Below are positions 10,771 through 21,845 of a DNA stretch of 64,000 bases, piece by piece. Position 1 is the stretch's first letter, and every line of letters starts with the position of its first letter. The DNA comes from an uncultured Gemmatimonadales bacterium (GTDB lineage Bacteria; Gemmatimonadota; Gemmatimonadetes; Gemmatimonadales; GWC2-71-9): positions 1-64,000 of the forward strand of contig CAWJIM010000018.1 of the NCBI GenBank assembly GCA_963842945.1, given 5' to 3'. The notes below the pieces were generated by a model that searched no databases, was not told the DNA's origin, and was given only the letters and a program-made list of their open reading frames with translations. A program made the translations under genes and the position numbers.

Positions 10771-11558
10771 GAGAGAAACTCCAGCACCAGCCGGTCGAAC
10801 TCGGCAGGGCGCTCGAGGCTCGGGACGTGCGCGGTCGCGGGGATCGTCGTACGGCGCGCATGGGGGATCGACGCTTGGAGGCGGTCTGCGATCGAATGCA
10901 TGTCGGGACGATCCTCTACGCCGACGATGATCAGCGTGGGGACATCGATCTCTCCCAGGCGCTCGACGAGATCCGGCACGAGCGGCTCCTCCTCTGCTTC
11001 GTCGCCGAGCGGAATCTGCAGCTCGAAGGCCCGCCGCTGCATCTCGCCGACCTGGTCTCGCACGGTTCCGTCGACGTCTGCGGGCTCCCGCCCGGGGCCG
11101 TCGACCCACATCCGGAGGTTGACCTCGACCGCGGCGTCCAGGTCGCCGGCCTCGATCGCGGCTCCCTCCTCGGCCCAACCAGCCTGTGTCTCCTCCGTCC
11201 AGTCGTGGCCGGGTAGGCCGGAGCCCACGAGCACGAGCGCGGACACGAGCTCCGGCCGGGCAACCGCGACCTCGAGCGCCACGCGCCCTCCCAGCGACAC
11301 GCCGACGAGCGCGGCCGGGCCCAGCTCGAGCCGTTCGAGCAAGCCGACGAGGTCACCCGCGTGCGAGTACGAGCCCGGCGAGATCGGCGTCTTGCCAAAG
11401 CCGCGCATGTCGTAGCGAACCGTCCGGTGCCGGGGCGGAAACGTCGCCCACTGCGGCTCCCACATCCGGCTGTCCGCGATGCCCTCGTGGACGAGGACGA
11501 CCGGCGGCCCCTCGCCCGCGACCTCGTAGTGGAGCTCAGCTTCCTTCGTTGCGGTCAC
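10767..11558 (-). CDS. Alpha/beta-fold hydrolase
   Basis: Motifs YDMRGFG, nucleophile GVSLGG and C-terminal AHVP; start/stop overlaps with both neighbours. Confidence 0.9.
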   Translation of the reverse strand: MTATKEAELHYEVAGEGPPVVLVHEGIADSRMWEPQWATFPPRHRTVRYDMRGFGKTPISPGSYSHAGDLVGLLERLELGPAALVGVSLGGRVALEVAVARPELVSALVLVGSGLPGHDWTEETQAGWAEEGAAIEAGDLDAAVEVNLRMWVDGPGREPADVDGTVRDQVGEMQRRAFELQIPLGDEAEEEPLVPDLVERLGEIDVPTLIIVGVEDRPDMHSIADRLQASIPHARRTTIPATAHVPSLERPAEFDRLVLEFLS

Positions 11559-12658
11559 GCCGGCGCTAGCTGCCCGCGCTTGGCCTCGATGCCTTCGAGG
11601 AGCTCGGTGAACGAGTCGCTGAACTTCTGGACTCCTTCACGCTCGAGCGTGTCGCTGACGTCGTCGTAGTCCACCCCGGCTTCGGCGAGCTGCTCGAAGA
11701 GGCGATGCGCCTCGTCCACGTCCTGCTCGAGGGTGAGCGCGACCTCGCCGTGATCCTGGAAGGCCTCGACCGTTTCCTTGGGCATCGTGTCGACGGTCTC
11801 GGGCCCGATCAGCTGCTCGACGTACATCACGTCCCGGTAGTCCGGGTTCTTCGTCGAAGTCGAGGCCCAGAGGCAGCGCTGCCTGGTCGCGCCCTTCGCG
11901 GCGAGCGCCTCCCAGCGCTCGCCCGAGAAGATGCGCTTGTAGTTCTGGTAGGCGAGCTTCGCGTTCGCGATCGCGAGCTTGCCCTTCAGCTCCGGGTGCC
12001 CGACCTCGTCGAGCCGCCGGTCAGCCTCCGTGTCGACGCGCGAGACGAAGAAACTCGCGACCGACGCGACCGTCGACGGATCGCCTCCGGCCTCGACGAG
12101 CCGCTCGAGCCCGCGGATGTAGGACTCGGCGACCTCCTCGTGGCGCTGGAGGGAGAAGATCAGCGTCACGTTGATGTTGCGGCCGCGCGAGATCATCTCC
12201 TCGATCGCGCCGAGACCAGGCTGCGTGGCCGGAATCTTCACGTGAAGGTTCGGCTTGTCGACCCACTCGTGGAAGCGGATCGCCTGTTGGATCGTCGCGT
12301 CGGTGTCGTACGCGAGATTGGGGTCGACCTCGAGCGAGACGTAACCGTCCTGGCCCTTCCCTTCGTCCCAGACGGGCCGGAAGAGGTCGCACGCGTCCTT
12401 GATGTCCTGGACGGCGAGCTGGAAGAAGATCTCGGTCGGATCGTCGTGCTCACGGACGACCTCCTTCAGCTGGTCGTCGTACCAGTCGCCTTCGGCCATC
12501 GCCTTCTGGAAGATGGTCGGGTTCGAGGTCACTCCGACGACGGCGTCCTCGCTCATCATCCGTGTGAGCTCACCGGTCTTGAGCCATTCCCGCGAGAGCG
12601 AGTCGATCCAAACGGACTGACCCAGCTCGGAAAGCTGGTGGAGTCGTGAGTTACCCAT
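11555..12658 (-). CDS. tal: Transaldolase
   Basis: Motifs GVTSNPTIF, VSLEVDP, VKIPAT, NVTLIFS, ASFFVSRVD and LWASTSTK. Confidence 0.96.
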   Translation of the reverse strand: MGNSRLHQLSELGQSVWIDSLSREWLKTGELTRMMSEDAVVGVTSNPTIFQKAMAEGDWYDDQLKEVVREHDDPTEIFFQLAVQDIKDACDLFRPVWDEGKGQDGYVSLEVDPNLAYDTDATIQQAIRFHEWVDKPNLHVKIPATQPGLGAIEEMISRGRNINVTLIFSLQRHEEVAESYIRGLERLVEAGGDPSTVASVASFFVSRVDTEADRRLDEVGHPELKGKLAIANAKLAYQNYKRIFSGERWEALAAKGATRQRCLWASTSTKNPDYRDVMYVEQLIGPETVDTMPKETVEAFQDHGEVALTLEQDVDEAHRLFEQLAEAGVDYDDVSDTLEREGVQKFSDSFTELLEGIEAKRGQLAPA

Positions 12659-13103
12659 GTGCCTTCTCCATTTCTTCGATCTTCTCCAACCTACGCACGT
12701 ACCGTTCTCCGCCGTCGAACTTGGCTCCCAGAAAGGCCCGGACGAGCTCTCCGGCGAGCTCGGCGCCGACTATCTCGGAGCCGAGGCAGATCACGTTCAT
12801 GTCGTCGTGCTCGACGCCCTGGTGCGCCGAGTACGTGTCGTGGCAGATGGCCGCGCGGATCCCGTCGACTTTGCACGCCGCGATCGACGCGCCAACGCCG
12901 GAGCCGCAGACCAGGACACCCCGCTCGGCCGCACCCGTCTGGATCGTCTCGCCGATCTCCCGCGCTTTATCGGGATAGTCGATCTTCGGCTCGGGCGCGT
13001 TCGTGCCGAGGTCGACCGGCTCGTGGCCTGCGCGAACGATCTCTTCGAGGACGCGCTCCCGCAGTTTGACGCCACGATGGTCGAAGGCCGCAGCGACCTT
13101 CAT
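12651..13103 (-). CDS. rpiB: Ribose-5-phosphate isomerase B
   Basis: Motifs DHRG, DYPD, CGSGVGASIAACK and HDDMNVICLG. Confidence 0.93.
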   Translation of the reverse strand: MKVAAAFDHRGVKLRERVLEEIVRAGHEPVDLGTNAPEPKIDYPDKAREIGETIQTGAAERGVLVCGSGVGASIAACKVDGIRAAICHDTYSAHQGVEHDDMNVICLGSEIVGAELAGELVRAFLGAKFDGGERYVRRLEKIEEMEKAHG

Positions 13104-13148
13104 GAGATCTGCACGTGCGCACCCTCCACAACCCGTTAGGTTAACCCG

Positions 13149-15014
13149 ATGAGCAACTCAGAGCTATGGCGCGAGCTGGGGCAGCAGCTTCGCGTCGACT
13201 CGGTCCGGGCAGCCGCTGTCACGAACTCGGGACATCCCACCTCCTCGATGTCTGCGGCGGACCTGATGGCCGTGCTGTACGCGAACTACCTCCATTACGA
13301 CTTCGACAACCCCGACGACGCGCGGAACGACCACGTCGTCTTCTCCAAGGGCCATGCCTCGCCGCTCGTCTACTCACTTTTCAAGGCCGCCGGGGCGATC
13401 ACGGACGAGGAGCTGCTCACGTTCCGCAGGTTCGGCAGCCGCTTCGAAGGGCATCCGACGCCGATCATCCCCTGGGTCGACGTCGCCACCGGCTCGCTCG
13501 GGCAGGGTCTTCCCTTCTCCGTCGGCATCGCGCTCGCCGGCAAGCGGCTCGACCGCCTTCCCTACCGGGTCTGGGCGCTGTGCGGCGACAGCGAGATGGC
13601 CGAGGGCTCGATGTGGGAGGCCTTCGAGCACGGCGCCTACGAGAAGCTCGACAACCTGACCGCGATCATCGACGTCAACCGGCTGGGCCAGCGGGGCGAG
13701 ACGATGCACGGCTGGGACCTCGACTCGTACGCGAAGCGGGCCGAGGCCTTCGGCTGGCACGCGATCGAAATCGACGGCCACGACGTCGAGGCGATCGACC
13801 AGGCATACGCGGAAGCGATCGCGACGAAGGAGCAGCCGACGGTGATCGTCGCCAGGACGGTCAAGGGCAAGGGAGTGAAGGCCGTCGAGAACCAGGAAAA
13901 CTGGCACGGAAAGGCTCTCGACGATCCCGAAGGCGCGATCGAAGAGCTCGGCGGCATCCGCAACATCGTGATCGACGTCGCCAGGCCGGAGATCGAGGGC
14001 GAGCCTCACGTGTTCGAGACCGGCCCGCTCGAGCTACCGACCTGGGAGCTCGGCGAGGAGGTCGCGACGCGCAGGGCGTACGGTGACGCGCTCAAGGCAC
14101 TCGGCGACGGCCGCGGCGACGTCGTTGCGCTCGACGGCGAGGTCTCGAACTCGACCTACGCGGAGATCTTCGCCAAGGCCCACCCCGACCGCTACTTCGA
14201 GATGTTCATCGCCGAGCAGCAGCTGGTCGCGGCGGCCGTCGGGATCCAGGTGCGCAACTGGAAGCCGTTCGCATCGACGTTCGCCGCGTTCTTCACGCGT
14301 GCCTACGACTTCGTGCGCATGGCGGCGATCAGCCGCGCCGAGATCAAGCTCTCGGGCTCGCACGCGGGCGTCTCGATCGGGGAGGACGGGCCTGTCGCAG
14401 ATGGCGCTCGAAGATCTGGCGGCTTTCCGGGCCGTCCATAGCTCGACCGTCCTCTACCCCTCCGACGCGAATCAGACGGCGAAGCTGGTCGAGGCGATGG
14501 TCGACCTCGGCGGGATCTCGTACATGCGAACGACTCGTGCCGCTACGCCGGTCATCTACGGGCCGGACGAGGACTTCCCGGTCGGCGGTTGCAAGGTCGT
14601 CCGCTCGTCGGACTCGGACGACGTGACGATCGTCGGCGCCGGGATCACGCTGCACGAGGCGCTGAAAGCCGCAGACAAGCTCGCCGAGGAAGGCGCTCAA
14701 CGCACGCGTGATCGACCTCTATTCGGTGAAGCCGGTCGACGTCGACACGCTTCGCGCAGCGGCCGAGGCCACCGGCGGGCGCTTCGTCACCGTCGAGGAC
14801 CACTGGCCGGAGGGCGGCCTCGGCGAGGCCGTGCTCTCAGCGTTCGCCGACACGGACGAGCGGCCGCGCGTCGTGAAGCTCGCCGTGCGCGAGATGCCGA
14901 CCTCGGGCAAGCCGGCGGAGCTGCTGGCAGCGGCCGGCATCGACGCCGACCACATCGTGGCCGCGGCGCGTCAGGTCGTCGAGAACGGTCGGAGCCGCGG
15001 TCGCGTCGAGCTGA
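13149..15014 (+). CDS. tkt: Transketolase (short, animal-TKT-like bacterial type); frameshifts near 14390 and 14700; end approximate
   Basis: Motifs SGHPTSSMS, SKGHA, GSLGQG, GDSEMAEG, IAEQ, SIGEDGxSQMALED and TVEDH. Confidence 0.9.
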
Positions 15015-17051
15015 GCCTTGGCGGCTGCCACGAGCGCGTCGGGCGTGAAGCCGAACTTCGTCTGAAGGTCCTTGAGCGGCGCCGAGGCGCCGAACGTCGT
15101 CATGCCCACCATGTGGCCGGTCAAGCCGACGTAGCGCTCCCAGCCGAAGGTCGACGCCTGCTCGACCGCGACGCGCGCGGTCACCTGCGGCGGCAGCACC
15201 TGATTGCGGTACTCGGCCGGCTGGCGCTCGAAGAGCTCCCAGGAGGGCATGCTCACGACCCGCGCGCCGACGCCTTCGGCGACGAGTTGCTCGTAGGCGC
15301 CGACCGCAAGGCCGACCTCCGTACCGGTCGCCATGAGGATGACCTCGGGCTCGCCGCCGTCTGCGTCTGCGAGGACGTAAGCGCCCTGGCGCAGGCCGTC
15401 GGCCGCCGCGTACTTCGTGCGATCGAGGGTCGGCATGTTCTGCCGGGAGAGAACGAGCGCGACGGGATCGTGCTGAGTCTCCATGATCAGGCGCCAGGCC
15501 TCCGCGACCTCGTTCGCGTCGCCTGGACGCAGCGTGATCAGGCCGGGCATGGCGCGCAGCGAGGCGAGGTGCTCGATCGGCTGGTGCGTCGGGCCGTCCT
15601 CGCCGACCCCGATCGAGTCGTGGGTGAAGATGTAGATGGCCGGGATCTCCATGATCGCCGCGAGGCGGATCGGCGAGCGGCCGTAGTCCGAGAAGATGAG
15701 GAAGCCGGAGCCGAAAGCCCGGATCTTCGAGAGCGAGAGCCCGTTCACGATCGCGCCCATGGCGTGCTCGCGGACGCCGAGGTGCAGGTTGCGGCCGCTC
15801 TGGTCCTCCGCCGAGAAGTCGCCCGCGCCTTCGAAGGTAAGCCGCGTCTTCGTCGACGGCGCGAGGTCGGCGGCGCCGCCGATCAGCCAGGGGACGTTCT
15901 GGGCGATCGCGTTCAGGACCTGAGCGGACGCGTCGCGCCCGGCCACGCCCTTCTCGTCGGGCGGGAACTCGGGCAAGTCGCTGTCCCAGCCGTCCGGGAG
16001 CTCGCGCCGCTGCATCTTCAGAAGCTGGTCGGCGAGCTCAGGATGCTCGCTCGCGTAGGCGCCGTAGAGCTCGAGCCAGGCCTCGCGCGCCTCCTGGCCG
16101 CGCTTGCCGATGCCGTCGGCGAAGTGCTCGCAGCACGCCGTCTGGGACGAGGAACTGGGCGTCCTCGGGCCAGCCGTAGTTGCGCTTCGTCGCGCGGATC
16201 TCGTCCTCGCCGAGCGGCTCGCCGTGCGCAGCGCTCGTGTCCTGCTTTGAGGGCGCGCCGTAGCCGATGTGGCTGTCGACGACGATGAGCGTGGGCGCTC
16301 GTCCTCCTTCTTGAACGTCTCGAAGGCGCGGGTGAGCATCTCGAGGTCGTTCGCATCGCCGACACGCGTGACGTTCCAGCCATAGGCGATGAAGCGCGTG
16401 GCGACGTCCTCGGAGAACGCGAGAGCCGTGTTGCCCTCGATCGTGATCTTGTTGTTGTCGTAGATCCAGCAGAGGTTCGAGAGCTTCAGATGCCCTGCCA
16501 GCGAGGCCGCCTCGCTCGAGATCCCCTCCATCATGCAGCCGTCGCCGCCGAGCGCGTAGACGTCGTAGTCGAAGAGCTCGTACCCCGGCCGGTTGAAGTA
16601 CGCGGCCTGCCAGAGGCCGGCGATCGCCATCCCGACGCGAGGTCGCGACGCCGGCGCCCAGCGGGCCTGTCGTCGTCTCGATCCCCGAGGTCCAGCGGTA
16701 CTCGGGATGTCCCGGGCACTTCGAGTCGAGCTGGCGGAAGCGCTTCAGGTCGTCGAGCGGGACGGTCAGCTCGCCGAGCGTCTCGTAGGCGGGGTTGACC
16801 GCCTTGACGGCGCTCAGGTGGAGGAGGGCATAGAGAAGCGTCGAGGCGTGACCCATCGAATGCACGTAGCGGTCGCGGTTCGGCCAGATCGGGTCGTCGG
16901 GGTCGAAGCGCAGGAACCGTTGCCAGAGCGTGTAGGCCACGGGCGCCATCGCCATCGGCGTCCCGGGATGGCCCGAGTTGGCCGCCTGGACGGCGTCCAT
17001 CGCCAGCGTCCTGATCGTGTTGACACATAGGGCGTCGAGTTCGGTGCTCAT
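14971..17051 (-). CDS. tkt: Transketolase (TktA type); several frameshifts; end approximate
   Basis: Motifs [37 protein letters not shown] and [16 protein letters not shown]. Confidence 0.93.
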
Positions 17052-17094
17052 GGCTGCCGAAGCTTCACACAATCGGAACCCCGCGCGCGAGTCC

Positions 17095-17144
17095 GCGGCA
17101 CATCCAGCGGCACATCCAGCGGCACATCCCCACCCGGGTGGGGA
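17095..17144. repeat. Three tandem 12-mers (GCGGCACATCCA) followed by an 18-bp perfect palindrome (TCCCCACCCGGGTGGGGA)
   Basis: Read directly: units at 17095, 17107 and 17119 (last base differs); palindrome at 17127-17144; lies between the divergent tkt and ABC-F genes. Confidence 0.85.
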
Positions 17145-17245
17145 GAGCTCCACCCGCCACCCGCTCCGAGCGTACCCCGGCACCTGAGGCACGTCTGTGC
17201 CGGCAATGCGGCAAATCTGTGAATCCGCACATCTACGCTTAGGGC

Positions 17246-19129
17246 ATGGCCGTCGTCACCGCAACCAACCTCCGCAAGGAGCTCTCCGGCGACCTGCTCT
17301 TCGACGGCGTCTCATTCAAGGTCGAGCGCCGCGACCGGGTCTCGCTCTCCGGGCCGAATGGGGCCGGAAAGACGACCCTGCTCCGGATGCTGAACGGCGA
17401 GACCGAGCTTCACGGCGGCAAGCTCTTCATGGCCAAGGGCACACGGATCGCGCTCCACGACCAGCGACCACCCGCCGAGAGCGGTGCTTCGCTCCGCGAC
17501 TACGTCCTCTCCGGCGCCGCCGATCTCACCGCCACCGAGCGCGAGCTCAGCCGGCTCGAGGAGGCGATGGCCGCGGGCGACCACGAGGCGGCGACGCTGC
17601 GCCGGTACTCGGAAACGCAGGCCCGCCTCGAGCACGCCGGTGGCTATGCCTGGCGCGAGCGGCTCGACTCGGTCACGCGCAACCTCGGCTTCTCGGCAGC
17701 CGATCTCGAGCGTCCGCTCACGACCTTCTCCGGCGGAGAGCTCACCCGCGCCTCACTCGCCCGGGCGCTCGGCGGCGACCCCGACCTCCTGCTGCTCGAC
17801 GAGCCCACCAACCACCTGGACGTCGCGAGCCTCGAATGGCTCGAGCGCGAGCTGCAGTCGATCGACGCCGCCATCGTCCTCGTCGCGCACGACCGGTGGT
17901 TCCTGGAGGCGGTGACGACCGCGGTGCTCGAGCTCGAGGCCGGCCGCTCGACGTACTTCGCGGGGCCCTGGCACAACTGGCGCCGCGAGAAGGCCGCGCG
18001 CCTCTCCGCCGCGACGACGACGGCACACCGCGTCGACGTCGACATCGCTCGCCTCGAGCGGTTCGTCGAGCGCTTCCGCTACAAGAAGAATCTCGCAAAG
18101 CGCGCCCAGGCCAAGCTGACGCACATCGGGCGACTACAGAAGGAGCGCGCCGAGCTCGGGGGCGAGATCGCCCTCCTGACCCGTCGGGCCAAGAGCCTGG
18201 GCTTCGAGTTCCTCCAGCCGAAGCGAAGTGGGCGAACGGTCGTCGAGGCCGATGGTGTCGAGCTCGCCGCAGGCGACAAGGACTTGCTCGCGAACGTCGG
18301 GTTCGCCGTCGAGCGGGGTGAGCACGTGGCGCTCGTCGGCCCGAACGGCTCGGGCAAGACCACGCTGCTGGAAACCCTGCTCGGACGTCGAGAACCGGTT
18401 GCGGGAAAGCTGAAGCTCGGGCACGGAGTCGAGGCGGCGTACTTCTCCCAGCACGAGATCGAGCTCGACGAGAGCAGATCCGTGCTCGCGGTCACGCAGA
18501 ACGCCACCGGACTGCAGCGCCCGCAGGCCCAGAACCTCCTCGGCCGGTTCCTCTTCACGGGCTGGGAGATGCACGAGCGCTCGGTCGCGGTTCTCTCCGG
18601 CGGCGAGCGGCGACGGCTCGCCCTCGCGCTCGTCGTCGCTTCCGGCGCGAACCTGCTCCTCCTCGACGAGCCCACGAACCACCTCGACCTGGAGAGCCGC
18701 GAGGCCCTGGAGGCGGCCCTCGACGCGTTCCCCGGCACCCTCGTGCTCGTCTCCCATGACCGAGCCCTCCTGGACGCGATCGCCGATCGAACGCTTGCGC
18801 TCGAGGACGGCACGATCCGCTCCTACGACGGCGGCTGGGCAGAGTACGTTGCTGCTCGCGACGCCCGACTCGCGCCGCCCGAGCGCGAGCCCGAGCCCGC
18901 GAAGCCGAAGAAGGCGAAGGCCCGGCCACCGAGGAAGCAAAGGCCGTCGGAGCTCGAGCAGCTCGAGGCTGAGATCGCAAGCCGGGAGTCCGAGATCTCG
19001 GAGCTCGAGCGCCAGCTCGCGGAAGACTGGGCGAACGTGGACGTCGTCGCCGCCCACCGCCGCGCGCGGGACGAGCTTCAGGCCCTGCTCTCCCGCTGGG
19101 AGCAGCTCTTCGACCGCTCCGGCGCCTAG
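17246..19129 (+). CDS. ABC-F family ATPase (ribosome-associated)
   Basis: Two ABC cassettes (GPNGAGKT / [23 protein letters not shown]), no TM segments, coiled-coil C-terminus. Confidence 0.94.
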   Translation: MAVVTATNLRKELSGDLLFDGVSFKVERRDRVSLSGPNGAGKTTLLRMLNGETELHGGKLFMAKGTRIALHDQRPPAESGASLRDYVLSGAADLTATERELSRLEEAMAAGDHEAATLRRYSETQARLEHAGGYAWRERLDSVTRNLGFSAADLERPLTTFSGGELTRASLARALGGDPDLLLLDEPTNHLDVASLEWLERELQSIDAAIVLVAHDRWFLEAVTTAVLELEAGRSTYFAGPWHNWRREKAARLSAATTTAHRVDVDIARLERFVERFRYKKNLAKRAQAKLTHIGRLQKERAELGGEIALLTRRAKSLGFEFLQPKRSGRTVVEADGVELAAGDKDLLANVGFAVERGEHVALVGPNGSGKTTLLETLLGRREPVAGKLKLGHGVEAAYFSQHEIELDESRSVLAVTQNATGLQRPQAQNLLGRFLFTGWEMHERSVAVLSGGERRRLALALVVASGANLLLLDEPTNHLDLESREALEAALDAFPGTLVLVSHDRALLDAIADRTLALEDGTIRSYDGGWAEYVAARDARLAPPEREPEPAKPKKAKARPPRKQRPSELEQLEAEIASRESEISELERQLAEDWANVDVVAAHRRARDELQALLSRWEQLFDRSGA

Positions 19130-19913
19130 TCGCCCGAACTCGAGCGCAGATACGCGCGCTGCGCTCGGCGGTTCTGGTACCAGATGACGAGCGCGATGAT
19201 CACCGGAATTCCGATGATCAGCGACAGCAGGCCGATCGGAACGGCCCACCAGTAGCCCCCGAGCCTCCCCTGCTCGGGGCGGAACGGCTCCGGCTCCACC
19301 GCCCGGCGCGCTCTCCGCTCCGCCCTCGCAGCCCGCTTGGCCTCGGCGGCCGCCTTCTTCTCCTCCGCCGCCGACAGGTCGGGCGGGCCGTGAAATCTCT
19401 TCGGCAACCAGTAGTCGACCTTCCACTCGCCGCCCTTCGTCCTGACGAGCTCGACGTCGGCCGTCACCGCCGAGTAGCCCGAGTCGGGCTTCGGGAAGAG
19501 GAAGACCTCCAGGCCGACGGTGTCCTTGTACGAGTACTGGACGAGGCTCCAGTCCCCAGGCCGCGGTCCGCCGCTGGGTACGGGACGACGGGCAGCTGCC
19601 CGCTGTTCCACTCCTTCCGCGTCAAGCCTTCCTTGAGGCTCGGCCCGGCGAGGTCCCACGAGCGTGAGACATCCTCGCGTGCGACGGCCGACTTGATGAA
19701 GTCCCTGAGTACCGGCCGGACCGCCCGCCTCTTCGCCGCGGTGAACGGCGCAGCCGTCGGCTCCGCCGGGAAGGAGCCCTCAGGCCCCGTGGGGTTGCCC
19801 GGATCGCCTGGATTCGAGTAGTGCACGCCAAGGAAGACGAGCGGCGCGATCACGAGCGGGATCGACAGCCAGATGAGCCGGCGGCGCCAGCGAGGTGAGC
19901 GGAGGATTCGCAC
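19126..19913 (-). CDS. Hypothetical membrane protein; frameshift near 19555
   Basis: ORFs 19464..19913 and 19126..19659 join into one protein with N- and C-terminal TM helices. Confidence 0.65.
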
Positions 19914-19936
19914 AGCGTGTCATTGTCGCTACGCCG

Positions 19937-20510
19937 TCAAGCGTCGGCGCCGAGGGTCGCGAGCACGGCCTCGGCGACGACCTTGAGGGGCCGGCCCGAG
20001 ACCTGGCTCGCCTTTCGTAGCCGCGCGAAAGCCTCCTCCTCGGACAGGTTCTCCTTCTCCATCAGGAGCCCCTTCGCCCGCTCGATCACCTTGCGCGCGG
20101 CGAGCGCCTCCGAGAGCGAGTCCGCCTCCTCGCGGAGCGCGGTCAGCTCGTCGTGCCGTGCGCGGGCCGCATGGATCGCGGGCAGGAGGTCCTGCTCGCG
20201 AAACGGCTTGACGAGGTAGCCGAAGACACCGGCCTCGACCGCGCGAGAGACGAGCTCCTCCTGGCCGTAGGCGGTGAGCATCACGATCGGGATCGGCCGC
20301 TCCTCGAGGATGCGGCGGGCCGCTTCGATGCCGTCCAGGCGAGGCATCTTCACGTCGAGGACCGCCACGTCGGGCTCCTCGCGAGCGCGCGAGCTCGACC
20401 GCCTCCTCGCCGTCGCGCGCCTCGGCGCAGACCTCGAACCCCGCCCGTTCGAGCAGGGCCCGGAGGTCGAGCCTGATGATCGTCTCGTCCTCGGCGATCA
20501 GGACTCTCAC
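19937..20510 (-). CDS. pdtaR: Receiver-ANTAR response regulator (PdtaR/EutV-like); frameshift near 20380
   Basis: Receiver motifs IAEDE, LDVKMP, LTA and YLVKP; ANTAR motif RKVIERAKGLLM...SEEEAFARLRKAS. Confidence 0.9.
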
Positions 20511-20933
20511 ACGCGGAACTCTACGAAGGAATCTCCGAGGTGAGGCTCTCGGCGAGCATGAACGGGTTGCCGTCGGGGTCGTAGAACATGCAGAGCTTGA
20601 CCATGCCCTCGATCTCGTAGGTGTCGCCGTCGAACCGCACGCCGTGCGACTCCATGTGCTCCGGGCCGCGTCGATGTCCAGACGCCGAAGGTCGGGGTCG
20701 TGCCGCCCGGCTTGACCTCCTCGACCTGGCCGAGCCCGATCGCACGGCTTCGATGGCCGTCGCCAGCTCGCACCAGCCGTACTCGTCGATCATGTAGACG
20801 GCTCGAAGCCGAGCACGTCCCCGTACCACGCGATCGAGCGCTCGAGGTCGGACACGTTGACCGAGAGACGATGTTCTCGTCTTCTCGAACGGCGTGTTCG
20901 TCGCCACTGGGCTGCCTGGACCTGCTCGCTCAT
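20507..20933 (-). CDS. VOC/glyoxalase family protein; multiple indels
   Basis: Fragments VNVSDLERSIAWYGDVLGF and FYDPDGNPFMLAE; GGAGG ribosome-binding site. Confidence 0.75.
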
Positions 20934-20993
20934 CGCGACTCCTCCTCCGATGGCGGTTCTGTCTTGTCCTGTTTTTATACTAAGCATACTTCT

Positions 20994-21518
20994 ATGTCAA
21001 TCGCGCTCTCTTCCACCACCGCTGGGCCGCGCCGATCCTCGCGGAGCTGCACCGCCAGCGGGGAAGCCGCTTCGTCACGCTCCTCGAACACTCGGCCTCG
21101 GGCGGGAATCGCTGCGCCGCACGCTCGCGGCCCTGATCGACGCGGGGCTCGTATGACGAAACCCCGGCTACGGCCACCCACTGCGCCCGGAGTACGTGCT
21201 CACCAGGGCGGGACGGCCGTCGCACCGGCGTGCCTGCCGCTTGTCGCAGCGCTGCGCCGCGGCGACTCGACGACGTCGGCCTGAAGAAGTGGTCGATGCC
21301 CGCGGTGCTCGCCTGGCCGACGGCGAGTGCCGCTACTCGGAGCTGCGCAAGCGGCTCCCGGGGTCTCGCCGAGGGCGCTTACGCTCGCGCTCAAGGATCT
21401 CGGGCTGCCGGCCTCGTCGAGCGGCGCGTCACCCGCGACTACCCGCCCGCCACGGGCTACCGCCTGACCGCCAGAAGCTCGCCGGCTCGCAGCCCTCGCG
21501 AGTCGCGTCGCCGGCTGA
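20994..21518 (+). CDS. HxlR-like winged-helix regulator, probably tandem domains; heavily frameshifted
   Basis: Reconstructed fragments HHRWAAPILAEL, GYGHPLRPEYVLT, KKWSMP, RYSELRKRLPG and VERRVTRDYPPATGYRLT. Confidence 0.6.
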
Positions 21519-21531
21519 GCTCGCGCCAGGT

Positions 21532-21845
21532 TCATCGGCCAGCGTTCCAGGCGCTGTCCGCCAGGTCATGACGTCCACGGCCATCCGGCCTGCTCGGACG
21601 GACGAGGTCGGACTCGGCGAGCCGCCGCGTCTCTTCGCAGATCCGTGCGGTAGAGGCAGAAGCCGCGCATGGTCTCGTCCGCCTGCTCCGAGAACGGCCC
21701 GGCCAGGACGAGGACTCCTCGCTCGTCCATGGCTCCGAGGTGTGCCAGGTGCTGCGCCTGAAGGACCTCTAGCTCGTCGTCGGAGAACTCGAGCGCACGT
21801 GGGCCGCGTCGGAGCGAGAACGAAGCTGTAGCTCTCGAGCTCCAA
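21532..21845 (-). CDS. YciI-family protein; frameshifted; end approximate
   Basis: Fragments QAQHLAHL, LVLAGPF, MRGFCLY and SVRAGRMAVDVMTW. Confidence 0.7.

Noticed and set aside
8548..11178. 876-aa ORF suggesting a Pgi-Gnd fusion
   Set aside because: A frameshift near 9750 creates it. The Pgi C-terminus is in another frame and ends at the gnd start.
17095..17130. Possible CRISPR array (the 60191-63374 repeats were also considered)
   Set aside because: There are no unique spacers, the unit size and spacing are wrong, and no cas genes are present.
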